Below are positions 38,334-50,399 of a stretch of DNA of 64,000 bases, one piece after another (within the stretch, counting starts at the first letter, position 1; the number at the start of each line of letters is the position of its first letter). Below the pieces are notes generated by a model, which was given only the letters and a program-made list of their open reading frames with translations, ran no database searches and had not been told where the DNA came from. Made by a program: the position numbers and the translations under genes. Origin of the DNA: Octopus vulgaris (taxonomy: Eukaryota); contig OX597837.1 of assembly GCA_951406725.2 (NCBI GenBank), positions 22,568,001 through 22,632,000 on the forward strand. Reading direction: 5' to 3'.

Positions 38334-38880
38334 ATAAAGGTCTAATACAAAATCCATTTCCTACTATCAATCTCTTATTATAAAAGGCAGATTTTATCTG
38401 CCTCCCTTTGGGAGTTATACAAATCTACAATATAGGATTTCTTCAATTACAATTTACCTTGCATTTTTGAGAGTACAATGCATCGCGTCATGCCAGGTCC
38501 AGTTTTTAAAATTTAAACTCCAATTAAGCAAAATTTACAGAAAACTCACATTCTGGTGTGTGTCAAATGCTTTTCTTAGTCTGGTTTACAGCACACGCAA
38601 ACGCACACACACAGTGGGCAACGAATAAAATGAAAGTAATTGACTTACTGTAGTGAGTGATTCTTTCACTCTGCCTCCCACTTCCTCTTTCAACACATAG
38701 ACACGCAAATATATAAATAAAATTGTAAGCTAACGTGCGTGTGTGTGAGTGGGTGTGTGTGGGTGTGCGCGCGTGTGTGTGTGTGTGTGTGAGGGTGCGT
38801 GTGTGTGTGTGCGTGTGCGTGAGTGTGTGACAGGAAAGTTTTTTACTACGAATATAACACCTATATCCAAGTAGCAGAAA

Positions 38881-39252
38881 GATAAGACAGTAAGGTGTGA
38901 TTTGAGGGAGATTTGGCTGCTATTTCTACCATGTCTAGCTGCCACGTAGGGGTCTCCCTCATAGGCTCATACATACATATATACATAGATAAGACAGTAA
39001 GGTGTGATTTGGGGGAAATTTGGCTGCTATTTCTACCAGGTCTAGCTGCCATGTAGGGGTCTCCCTCATAGGCTCATACATACATATATACATAGATAAG
39101 ACAGTAAGGTGTGATTTGGGGGAAATTTGGCTGCTATTTCTACCAGGTCTAGCTACCATGTAGAGGTCCCCCTCATTGGCTCATATATATATACATACAT
39201 AAGACAGTAAGGTGTGATTTGAGGGAGATTTGGCTGCTGTTTCTACCAGGTC
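38881..39252 (+). repeat. Minisatellite, 107-bp unit, about 3.5 copies
   Basis: GATAAGACAGTAAGGTGTGATTTG starts at 38881, 38988, 39095 and ~39198. Confidence 0.92.
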
Positions 39253-39581
39253 TGTTAGGCCTTCTCATGTAAACTCAAGCTTTCTCATGCCTTGAACATA
39301 AGACCAAAGCAGATAATGTATTCTTTTATTCTGCTTTTTCCAGCCATTGGTCTGTGGCCATGCTGGGGCAATGCCTTGAAGAATTGTAGTTTAATGAATC
39401 AACTCCACTTTTATTTTTGTAAGCATTGTACTTATTCTATCTGTTTCCTTTGTCAAACCACTAGGTGACAGGGATGTAAACAAACCAACATTCGTTGTCA
39501 AGCAGTGGTGGAGGACAATCACAAGCACAGACACGCACACACATACATGCATACACATATATATATGTGTGTATATATATA

Positions 39582-39846
39582 TTGCAGCGTGGAAGGTGTT
39601 TGTAAGCCATTTAAGAAACACACAAAAACCGTTACATTCACTTCAACATTTAAATTTAATTTGCCAAAATATTTTCGTCGCTTTGAGACCGCGACCTGTT
39701 CACTGACAAAAATATCGTGCTAACAGGTCGCGGTCTCAAAGCGATGAAAATATTTTGACAAATTAAATTTAAATGTTGAAGTGAATCTAACGGTTTTTGT
39801 GTGTTTCTTAAATGGCTTATAAACCATTGTACCTTCAACGCTGCAA
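39582..39846. repeat. Long palindrome (~120-bp arms, 21-nt spacer), probably an inverted pseudo-LTR of a Penelope-like element
   Basis: 39582-39700 is the reverse complement of 39722-39846 with few differences; (TA)n tracts lie on both sides of the element. Confidence 0.85.
39660..39710 (-). ncRNA. Candidate minimal type I hammerhead ribozyme (G3-C8 core variant)
   Basis: UUUGUCA-GUGAACA-G-GUCGC(GGUCUCAAA)GCGAC-GAAA-AUAU-UU-UGGCAAA, folded by eye. Confidence 0.55.
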
Positions 39847-40008
39847 CTGTTTTCGTTCCAGCACACGATCTCAGATCAAGTCACTTGCTATGCAAGTACA
39901 TCTCTGTAACTATATATATATTTATATATATATATATATGTATATTGGTAAAAACAGTAAGATAACAAAAGAAAGAAAGAGACCTCAATATTATGTAAAT
40001 AGAGGAAA

Positions 40009-40403
40009 TCTTTATATATAAAAGTGAGGTTGTGTGTCTGTCTCCTACGATTTAGATTCCTAACTACTCCCACATTTTGCGGTGCAGTTTAACCAAAACC
40101 GGGTATCTTATAGTCGTGATTCATATCGAGACCGTCTGGGTATTAGCGCGCGTCTACGATGAGTCTACGATTTTAAAAAAAATTTAACATAAATTTTTCC
40201 CATTTTTAATCCATTTTTGACATATATAAGGGAAGTAACTCTCTAAAATGTATTATTAAATCTCAGAACGTAAAAAGCTACAGTAACACCCCTCCCCCTT
40301 TGTGGTTAGCCATATTGAGATGGCTATTATACTTTACATCTCTAAAAATGCTTATATAATTATTTCCCTTACAAACCTGAGCAACGCCGGGCGATACTGC
40401 TAG
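40009..40403 (+). mobile_element. Non-autonomous Helitron-like element
   Basis: Sits between A and T, begins TC, ends CTAG, has a GC-rich subterminal hairpin-like CCTGAGCAACGCCGGG and no TSD. Confidence 0.75.
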
Positions 40404-40425
40404 TTAATATATAAATACACACACA

Positions 40426-40817
40426 CAGGAGTGGCTGTGTGGTAAGTAGCTTGCTAACCAACCACATGGTTCCGGGTTCAGTTCCACTGTGTGGCATCTT
40501 GGGCAAGTGTCTTCTGCTATAGCATCGGGCCGACCAAAGCCTTGTGAGTGGATTTGGTAGACGGAAACTGAAAGAAGCCTGTCATATATATATATGTATG
40601 TGTGTGTTTGCGTGTCTGTGTTTGTCCCTCTAGCATTGCTTGACAACCGATGCTGGTGTGTTTACGTCCCCGTCACTTAGCGGTTCGGCAAACGAGACCG
40701 ATAGAATAAGTACTGGGATTTAAAAAAATAAGTCCCCCGGTCGATTTGCTCGATTAAAGGCGGTGCTCCAGCATGGCTGCAGTCAAATGACTGAAACAAG
40801 TAAAAGAGTAAAGAGAG
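40426..40817 (+). mobile_element. SINE family A copy
   Basis: Matches 2035-2450. Confidence 0.85.
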
Positions 40818-40919
40818 CACATGTCTGTGTGTGTGTGTGTGCATGTGAGCATGCATATATCTAACAGAGTTTTATCTGACACATACGTGACATAAGACAA
40901 ATAAGAGTAAAGAACTTAC

Positions 40920-41039
40920 CTGATACAGGTGTTGTTTGATTCTCAGACTGAGAATGCTGCCCAAGAGACTCAAGACCAGCATCGGAAATATCATCTGAGC
41001 CAAGGAGGGGCACTAAATCAAAGTGAGGACTGTCAGAAG
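40920..41039 (-). CDS. ZXDC: ZXD-like exon, acidic Ser-rich region
   Basis: Acceptor cccag; SDSPHFDLVPLLGSDDISDAGLESLGQ...; donor GTAAGT; phase 1-1. Confidence 0.82.
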
Positions 41040-42326
41040 CTGGGTAGAGCAAGAAATATAGCAAGAGGTAAGTATTTTATATAACTCTTTCTACTTTAGG
41101 CACAAGGCCTGAAATTTTCAGGGAATGGGGTACTAGTGGGTACTTTATTTTAAGAACCTTGAAAGGATGAAAGGCAAAGTCAACCCCTGTGGAATTTGAA
41201 CTCAGAATGTGAAACCAGAAGAATTGCCACTTAAGCATTTTGCACACGAACAATTCTGCTAGCTTGCTGCCTTTTATAATTCTAATTTTGGTACAAGGCC
41301 AGTAATTCTTAAGAGGTCAGATGGACATGATCAGCCTCAGTATTTAACTAGCACTTTTATTTTATCAACCCTGAAAAGAGGAAAGGCAATGTTGACCACA
41401 GCAAGATTTTAACTCAGAATGTAAAGAGATAGAAAAAATGATGCCACAAGACCTTTTTTCCAACACACTAATGATTTTGCCAATCCATTGCTCACAGTAT
41501 TCAAAGAATAGTGAGGGTGAAAAATGTGTTGGTGCCACATTAAAAGTACTTGTGCTGGTGTCAAAATAAAAAGCCCCCAGTATATTCTGTAGAGTAGTTG
41601 GCATTAGGAAGGGCATAAAGCTGTAGAAACCATGCCAGAGCAGACAGTGGAGATTGGTATGGCCCCTGACCTTACCAGCTCTGGTCAAACTGTCCAACCC
41701 ATGCCAACATATAAAAAGGAAGTTAAATGATGGTGATAATGAATAAAACTGTGTAATTAAATGTTCATAAGTTCAAACTTCAGATTCAGAGTGATCCCCC
41801 AGAGTTTATTGTGCAGTGGTCACTAAGAACTGTGCTCTATTATAAGCCACCAGAAGTTATAGTAAATAAGTCACTAACAGCTATGTTCTATAAAAAAATC
41901 TACCAGTAATTAACTTGAAAGGTGATTTCTGTTAATATCTTTAATATCTATAATTAACAATGCAATTACTTTTCAAGTTGACATTTCTAAGATTAATTAA
42001 ATGTTTCTGGGTTAGACACAAGGCTAACAATTCTGAAAGGCGGGTGCTAATTGATATCATCAACCAAAGAACTTGTATGGTACTTTATCAATCTTGAAAG
42101 TAAGAGAGGCACAGAAGACCTCAGCTGGATTTGAAAACCAAATGTAGGGAGCTATAAGAGATACAACAAAATGTTTCTTTTTGTGCTTTAGTGATTCTAC
42201 CAGCTCACTGCCTTAGACTAATTAACTGTCACTCTGTCAGTTACAATGTCGAGGGTTCCAGTTGATCTGATCAAAAGTACAGCCTGCTCATGAAATTAAT
42301 GTAGAAGTGGTTGTGCATTTGTCTTA

Positions 42327-42732
42327 TGAAGAAAGGCTGAAGACGCTCAACCTTTATTCTCTAGAAAAACGACGATGCCGTGGAGATCTCATTCTCGCTC
42401 ACAACATCATAAGCAGAAAGTGTAACCTCTCGAAAGAGCTGTTCTTCACTCCTGCTCCAGAGCGTCAGCTGCGGGGTCACTCCGAAAAGCTCTATCTGCG
42501 ACGATTTCATCTCAATCGAAGGAGAGGGGCTTTCTCCATCCGGGTTGCGGATATGTGGAATAATCTGCCGGACAAGATAGTGAAGATGCCGACAACCGCT
42601 CAGTTCAAAGTCTCTCTTGACCAGAAATGGCCTGAACTCTTTGCATGAACACCCTCCCTGTACATAACTTCATGTCTCCCCTACATGGCCTTGCTTTATG
42701 CTTTTTGAGCCAAAAAATTAACTTAACTTAAC
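42327..42732 (+). mobile_element. CR1/L2-type LINE 3' fragment inserted in a family C SINE
   Basis: LSYEERLKTLNLYSLEKRRCRGDLI...RVADMWNNLP; TTAAC tail; SINE sequence on both sides. Confidence 0.88.
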
Positions 42733-43371
42733 TCCACAGACATGCATACCCTTAATGTAGTTCTCAGGGAGATTCAGGAGGACACAGAATATGACATGGC
42801 TGGCTCCCTTTTAAGTACAGGTACTACTCATTTTTGCCAGTTGAGTGGACTGGAACAACATTAAATAAAGTGTCATGCACAAGGACACAACATGACACCA
42901 AGAATCGAAACTCATTACCATATGACCATGAGCCAAATATCCTAACTATTAAGTTATGTACTTTCACTTTGACTAATTATAAATAATAACATAAATACTC
43001 TAAACAGCATTGAAACCACTGCAATCTCTGATTATAGTCAAGATCCTTATTCCACTTATTCCTATACACACACAAACAAATAAATATATATACAGTATCA
43101 AAGTTCTTAACAGCCACCATGCTATACTGTGGTTAACAAAGTTACTAAAAGTTATAATAGAGTGTTAAGTAACCTCCTCTGATTGTGAATATTTGATCAG
43201 TTTCCCCCACAACACAAAATATAAAGACATTACACCTTATTTCATAAAATCGAAGTACTGTCCCTTTGAGAGAAGAGTGAAAAAATGTGACAAACTCCTA
43301 TTTTGAAGGAACCCAAATTATGAAGAATATATCCTTCTTCATACTGGCATGGCAAACAAATTAAATGTAAT

Positions 43372-43746
43372 GGTGGAAGCACTCCGTCGGTTACGACGAT
43401 GAGGGTTCTGGTTGATCCGAATCAACGGAACAGCCTGCTCGTGAAATTAACGTGTAAGTGGCTGAGCACTCCACAGACACGTGTACCCTTAACGTAGTTC
43501 TCGGGGATATTCAGTGTGACACAGAGAGTGACAAGGCCGGTCCCTTGAAATACAGGTACAACAGAAACAGGAAGTAAGAGTGAGAGAAAGTTGCGGTGAA
43601 AGAGTATAGCAGGGATCACCACCATCCCCTGCCGGAGCCTCGTGGAGCTTTTAGGTGTTTTCGCTCAATAAACACTCACAATGCCCGGTCTGGGAATCAA
43701 AACCGCGATCCTATGACCGCGAGTCCGCTGCCCTAACCACTGGGCA
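43372..43746 (-). mobile_element. tRNA-derived SINE family C
   Basis: Minus-strand head GCCCAGTGGTTAGGG...GGTTTTGATTCCC; body shared with copies near 7330, 28315, 32610 and 42225. Confidence 0.75.
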
Positions 43747-43933
43747 ACAAATGTAATACCACTACCCCCCAAAAAACAAAAAACATGAAGCCTCACACCA
43801 TGGGGTTGATATCCAATGACCCAACCAATTGCCACTTTATCTATAGTGTTTGCTACGTATTCAGTATAGCCTTAAAGAAGACAGAACAATAGATTTCTTT
43901 AAAAAATGGTAAATGAAAGTTAGGAAAATATAC

Positions 43934-44110
43934 CAGAAATGGTGCTGTTGTTGTAATGTTTCATAATGTGATTGCGCAGACTGACTTTGGTAGAATATTT
44001 CTTCTCACAGCCTTCCATAGGACAATGGTAAGTAATCTTCTTTCCAGAATGGTCATGTTTCTTCAAGTGTATGTACAAACTACTTTTAGCAGTGAAACGA
44101 GTCTTGCAAC
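43934..44110 (-). CDS. ZXDC: ZXD-like exon, fingers 9-10
   Basis: GCKTRFTAKSSLYIHLKKH...CPMEGCEKKYSTKVSLRNHIMKH; phase 1-1. Confidence 0.92.
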
Positions 44111-44232
44111 CTAAAAACAAAATGGGAAGAGAGAGAGAGAGAAAAAAAACGGTAGTAGTCAAGTTTTTGAATGATTTTAATGAATGATATTACACACATG
44201 CAGAAATCAGTTGCTATATAAAGTAGTCATCC

Positions 44233-44399
44233 AGTAGGCTAGCACCGACAAGGGTCGGCGGGCACTTTCTGTCTTCTCCCATCCTTATCATTCTTGTATC
44301 ATTATCATTCATTTCATCAAAGTCTTGTCCAGCCCACAAAGCTACCTAATCTTTGTACTGTCTTTATGACAAATTTAATAAAATAAGTAGGCTAGCACC
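44233..44399 (+). mobile_element. Short retro-insertion with a 14-bp target-site duplication
   Basis: AGTAGGCTAGCACC at 44233-44246 and 44386-44399; insert ends AATAAAATA. Confidence 0.7.
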
Positions 44400-45597
44400 A
44401 AAATGGATACCTAATTTGCATATTTGCAATTATGACAATTCATAATTAATCCTTTTGCATTCAATGGCACTGTAGGGTTGGTGTGAGAGGCTGATCTGGT
44501 CAATTTAAACATAAGACAAGTAGAATATTTTGGCATGTATGTATGTATCAATGAATGATTTTTCTTTTTTTGGTGTTGCTTCAGTTCTTCTTAAGAGAGT
44601 TCAAGCTGGTTGATTACAAAGCATCAAAACTCTTTGAATTAAGAGAGTTTGCAGTGTTTGTAAATATGTGGTCAAGTTGGTGTGTTGGTTGAACTGCTTC
44701 ATGCCCAAGTGTGCATCTATTCATCTAAAGAACCTCAGATGGAGAATTTTGGGAATGTCTTGTGAATACAAGCAGCATTACTGATAAAACAATCTCTCAG
44801 GAATATGCCTGTTGATAGTGCATGTGTGTGTGTGCGCACACGTGCATAAACACTGTGGAAGAAACTGAACAAAAAAAAAAATGCACACAATAGACAAATT
44901 CTTTTGTCTCTGATGCTACCAGAAATACAGTGAACTTGTTTCACTGGCTTCTTTGGAAATCTTTAACTAACAATCCTAACACCAGTTGTGATAAAAAATT
45001 AGTAAAATAATTGTCTAACTAATTATTATTAACTGTGATGAACAGAGATATGTTAATGGGGAGCTAATCCAGTATTTTTCAAAGTGGGAGAGCTGGGAGG
45101 ACTGAGAAGGGTGCAGACGGTGTCATGTTTGAAAAAATTAAAAGATAGTTTTTAATCTTTGTAAATTTGTCCAATGTCATGGTGAAGAATGAAGAATTAT
45201 TGCTACTGTTTATCTGACTCCCCAGACCAGTCATAACCTCTCAAACATATGAGGAAAGCAGTTTCAGTAATGAGCATCCTGTTTCTAATTCAGAAATAGC
45301 ATATTAAATACATCATTTTGTTTTTTCCATTTAAAAAAAAAAGCCACTATATCTAGCAAGTCTATATGTAGACCAGTCATGGACAAAGTGCAGCCACGGG
45401 ACTTTCTGAATGGTACCTTCAGTTTTCTTAGTAGTGCAACCCACTTCTTGATGAAGGCTGCCTATACCTGATGTAGAGGATGCTTCCCCCACCAACATCT
45501 ACTGGTTCATTTGTAAATTATATACATTAGCAGCTTATGGTGTTGAACTCAAAACCTTCCCATGAGATGGCAGAGACAAATCTCTCAACTGTTTAAA

Positions 45598-46170
45598 ACA
45601 GTAATCATATAAATAAGATAAGCTCCATCTAACAGACATCAACACCATCATCATCGTCATTGTTTTTACATTTACCTTTTCCAAAGTGGAAAGAGTTGGA
45701 TGAGACTTACTGAGGCCATATTCTAGAGTTGAATTGTTAAAGTCTAAGGAGACACCTGCTAAAGATGCCAAGCAGTGGGATGGTACCTGAAATCATTTTG
45801 TTATGAAAACAGACTTCTTAACCACAAAGCCACACCTGTGACTAAACATTAAGAAAATAATAATAATTGTGATTGCAATGGATGTTGAAGCGATCCAGCA
45901 AGTTACTTACCATCTACTGGACACTGGAATGGTTTTGTTCCACTGTGAGTTACTAAATGACCTTTCAGATGTTCAGCTCGCAAGAATGCTTTGCCACATG
46001 CATTGCACAGCCATTTTCGAACACCAGTATGTTTGCTCATGTGGCGTTTTAATTTACTGGCTGTTGCAAAGGCCCAAGAACAACCCTGGAAAAAGACAAA
46101 AGGAAATAAGGATGAAGGATTAAGTTAAACAGGAAATATCTAATGTGTAGGGTCTTTTACATACATCGGG

Positions 46171-46239
<69 letters not shown>

Positions 46240-46639
46240 ATGTATGTATGTGTGTTTGTTTCATCATCATTGTTTAGCATCCGCTTTCCATGCTGGCATG
46301 GGTTGAACGGTTCAACTGGGGTCTGGGAAGCCAGAAGGCTGCACCAGGCCCAGTGTCTGATCTGGCAATGTTTCTACGGCTGGATGCCCTTCCTAACGCC
46401 AACCACTCCATGAGTGTAGTGGGTGCTTTTTACGTGCCACCAGCACTGGTATCATAGCTACGATTTCCATTGATGCTGATCGATTTTGATTTTGTTTTTG
46501 TTTTTCACTTGCCTCAACAGGTCTTGACCTGTTGACCTGTTGAGGCAAGTGTTTATACAATGTAAATGTAAAAACAATGACGATGATGATGGTGATGATG
46601 TCTGTTAGATGGAGCTTATCTTATTTATATGATTACTGT
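45598..46639. repeat. 78-bp inverted repeat pair (45598-45675 and 46562-46639) flanking a ZXD exon
   Basis: 77 of 78 positions identical after reverse complementing. Confidence 0.92.
45911..46085 (-). CDS. ZXDC: ZXD-like exon, fingers 7-8 (absent from the ORF track in this frame)
   Basis: GCSWAFATASKLKRHMSKHTGVRKWLCNACGKAFLRAEHLKGHLVTHSGTKPFQCPVD; acceptor ttccag, donor GTAAGT. Confidence 0.93.
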
Positions 46640-47579
46640 GTTATAATGTAATTAATAAGGCATCAAGGGAAGTGGGGCACCACAGAAATGGTAAATGGTT
46701 TACAGAAAAAAAGAAATCCCTTTAACCCTTTAGTGTTCAGATTAATCTGTTAGATGTAATACTTTTATCAATCGAATTGTTTTGAATTAATCATACATTA
46801 TCTTACAGCTTTGAAGTTTCAATGATGTGATTGTTTATTCTTAGAATGTCAATGTAGGTAAGGTGTAAGGGGCTGGATATGGCCAGTTTGAATGTAAAAC
46901 ATGTAGGATATTTGGGCCGGATATGGCCGGCTTAAACACCAAAGGGTTAAACTTGCTAAACTAATATTTGCAGTGGTTTACTTGAACAGAAACATAATTT
47001 CAAAGTGTATATGGTGTCATAGCGAGGAGCAGATCAAAGACTTTGTAATTAAAAAAGCAGCAGAACACTTTTCAAATATAAATAAAGTGGAAGTATATAT
47101 AAAAATAAACATTATTTTCCATCTTACTGTTAGTTTTGTTTTATTTTCATCATCATCATCGTTTATCGTCCGCTTTCCATGCTAGCATGGGTTGAACGGT
47201 ATAACTGGGGTCTGGGAAGCCCGAAGGCTGCACCAGGCCAGCCAGATCTGGCAGTGCTTCTACAGCTGGATGCCCTTCCTAACACCAACCACTCCGTGAG
47301 TGTAGTGGGTGCTTTAACGTGCCACCGACACAGGTGCCAGACGAGGCTGGCGAATGGCCACGCTTGGATAGTGCTTTTTACATGCCACTGGCACGATGGT
47401 TTATTATTGTTCATATTTTGAATTACATACGTATGGGGTCACCAGAATCTTTTAAGTGCTCAGGGCCTCTATGGGTAGTAAACCAGCCCTAAATACAGTA
47501 GCTGTTTGGACATTTGACTATTGGTTGGTAGCTTGATACTTTATAACTGACACAAATTGTACTGGTTAAAAATACTTAC

Positions 47580-47775
47580 ATCAACACGACACTGATATGG
47601 TTTCTCGCCAGTGTGACAGCGCATGTGTTGTTTAAGACGACAGACTTTATTGAAAACTTTACCACAGCCATCATACTTGCAGACCAGGTCATCTCGGTCC
47701 TGTTGATGAACACGGGCATGAGACCCCATGCAGTTAGGAGAAAGGAAAACTTTGTTACAGCCATCAACAGGACAT
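47580..47775 (-). CDS. ZXDC: ZXD-like exon, fingers 5-6 and start of 7
   Basis: CPVDGCNKVFLSPNCMGSHARVH...CKYDGCGKVFNKVCRLKQHMRCHTGEKPYQCRVD. Confidence 0.93.
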
Positions 47776-48103
47776 CTGAATAGAAGAAAGTTGATTAGAA
47801 AATTTTATTTCTTTGGCAATTAGCACTAAAGGGAGAATTAAAGGAAAAATTAATTTAGTTTTTAATTACAAATAAATTTAAATATTTTGATGCTGAAGGA
47901 ATCAGTGCAAAAACTAGAAAATTGATGCAAGAGTTAAGAACCTACTTTGGTCTGTTATGGTCTGAGCCAGATTAGATTTAGTCATTTTTAAGCTATGTGT
48001 GAGGTCATAAAAGATATTTAAAATCCTGGAAGATGACCCTTACTCTTGAGAATGTCAACAGAATTACTGGATAAAGATTAACAGTGATCTGAAACATTTA
48101 AAT

Positions 48104-48353
48104 CAGTGGTTCTCAACCGGGACATATATGGTTCTTGGTGGTCCATATAAGATTTTGTTGTAAAAATTTAGGTACAATAAATTGCTTATATTCTACAAAA
48201 CACAAGATATTTTAACAACAATTCCTAATAATATTTAATTATAAAAATACTGTAGGATTTTTTAAATATATACATTAAAAAGCTATGGAGGCCCAGTAGA
48301 TTAAAATAGGAATCAAAGGGGTCCATTAGGCAAAAAATGGTTGAAAACCACTG
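48104..48353. mobile_element. hAT-like MITE
   Basis: TIRs CAGTGGTTCTCAACC / GGTTGAAAACCACTG; TSD not preserved. Confidence 0.7.
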
Positions 48354-49594
48354 AAATAAAACACTGATGTCAAACTAGTATGATAATTAAAAAGATAATT
48401 AAAGCAAATTTTATCCATTAGACTGCAGCCCACTTTCACTAATTGTTTTTGGCACCTATGTAGTTGTGAGGAGACAAAGACCTGCCTAATTATTGACCCT
48501 GCAGCACATTGAGGACATGGCAACTGGAGAAAGGGCAGCACTGTTGCACCAACAGTCAGCTGGTACTCATCTCCAGCTGAGCTGACTAGAGCAACAAGAA
48601 ATGATGTGCCCAGTTTAAGGACAGGGATGCATGATCCAGACACTTTATGATTGCAAGCCCAACACTCTAACCACTATGCTATGCACCTTCACATATTTAA
48701 AAAAAATTTTTTTTTAAATCAAAGTTTGAAATACAGTCCAAATTTTTTGCCTAAATTCTAACAATGGACTACTCTTGGGTGCATCATCATTGTGTTCATG
48801 AGATATGGTAAAAAATAACAGCTAAATCAGCCATAAATCACACAGAAAAAGTTTTTTTTGCCTAATTGTATGGAGAAAACAGATTCACAAAGTGAGGTAT
48901 GCTTGCCATCTCAATATGGCTAATCACTAAGGGTGGGTGTTACTGTAGCTTGTAGCCCCAAGAGAACATCGTCCCCAGCTGGCTTTAGGCACACTTTCTG
49001 TGCCCTTATGGTATTTGCAAAGGGAGGTCACCCTTCCCTTGTCAACCTAAGTGATACGCACGGACTGCAGTTTCTAGGTTTTGACCTGTCATCAGTGTAC
49101 GACAATCACCGGTTTTCGATGAAAAGGTGTTCGTTCAGAGATTTATTAGAGATTCACAAAAATTGTCTGAAAAGTCCAAAAATATATAGAAAAGTTATGA
49201 TGAGTTATAAAGGATGCTTAAACCAGAATTCTGCCATAAATAGTTAGTTAACTCTTATTAACAGAGGCTTTAGAAAAACTGAGACATAAATAAAAACATC
49301 CCACTAATCAATAAGCTAACCAAATCAATACCAGAGTTGTATTTGTAACCAGTTTATATTCCGTACCTAGCACTCTGCTAATTAAATATTATTAGGAATT
49401 GTTGTTAAAATATCTTTTGTAAGTAGAGGAGAAAGAGAAATACTCCTTTGGATCAGTGAGGTTGGTTTGGCCGATACCCATCCTAAACAACTGGTAATCA
49501 AGATCTACAGGTAAAAAAACATGGCTGAGTAAGGAAACAAGGTGCTTAAAGCCAACTGGACCTGAATGGGGTGGGAAAGAGATAGTGGACTTAC

Positions 49595-49776
49595 TTATAA
49601 GTTTTCTCCACATCAGCATGATTCTTTAAATGCAAATCAAGTTGCCGTTTTGTTGGATACCTCTGGTTACAGTTGGGTTTGGGGCAAACTTCATTACATG
49701 GACGTTCATGGAGTTTCTTGTGAGAATTTAAGTTGTAGATTGTTGTAAACTTTCTACCACAACCATCAATGTCACA
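49595..49776 (-). CDS. ZXDC: ZXD-like exon, fingers 3-4
   Basis: CDIDGCGRKFTTIYNLNSHKKLH...CPKPNCNQRYPTKRQLDLHLKNH; donor GTAAGT, phase 2. Confidence 0.93.
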
Positions 49777-50399
49777 CTTAAAAAAAAAGAAAAAAGTGGT
49801 AACGATGAGTGGAGCAAGAACATAAACCAACAAACATTTAATTTTGTTTAACACTTTAGCATTCAGATTACTCTGGCAAATATAATGCTTATTTATTAAC
49901 ACACACGATGCCGGTGGCACACAAAAAGCACCATCCGATCGTGGTCGTTGTCAGCCTCGTCTGGCACCTGTGCCGGTGGCACGTAAAAAGCACCCACTAC
50001 ACTCATGGAGCGGTTGACGTTAGGAAGGGCATCCAGCTTTAGAAACACTGTCAGATCAGACTGGAGCCTGGTGCAGCCTTCTGGCTTCCCAGACCCCAGT
50101 TGAACCAGCCAACCCATGCCAGCATGGAAAGCAGACGCTAAACGATGATGATGATGATGGGCTTTCAGTTTATATACACAAAGATTTGGTTGACCCGAGT
50201 CTATAGTAGAAGACTCCAACCCAAGGTGCCAACGCAGTGGGACTGAACCAAGAACCATGTGGTTGGGAAGCAAGCTTCTTACCACACAGCCACACCTGCA
50301 CCTTGTTAATCTGTTAAAAATAGTTCTGTTAAAGATTTTAGAAGTAATACAGTCCCAAACGATAATTGGAAGTGAGAAAGAAAATGATTTCTTACTTAC

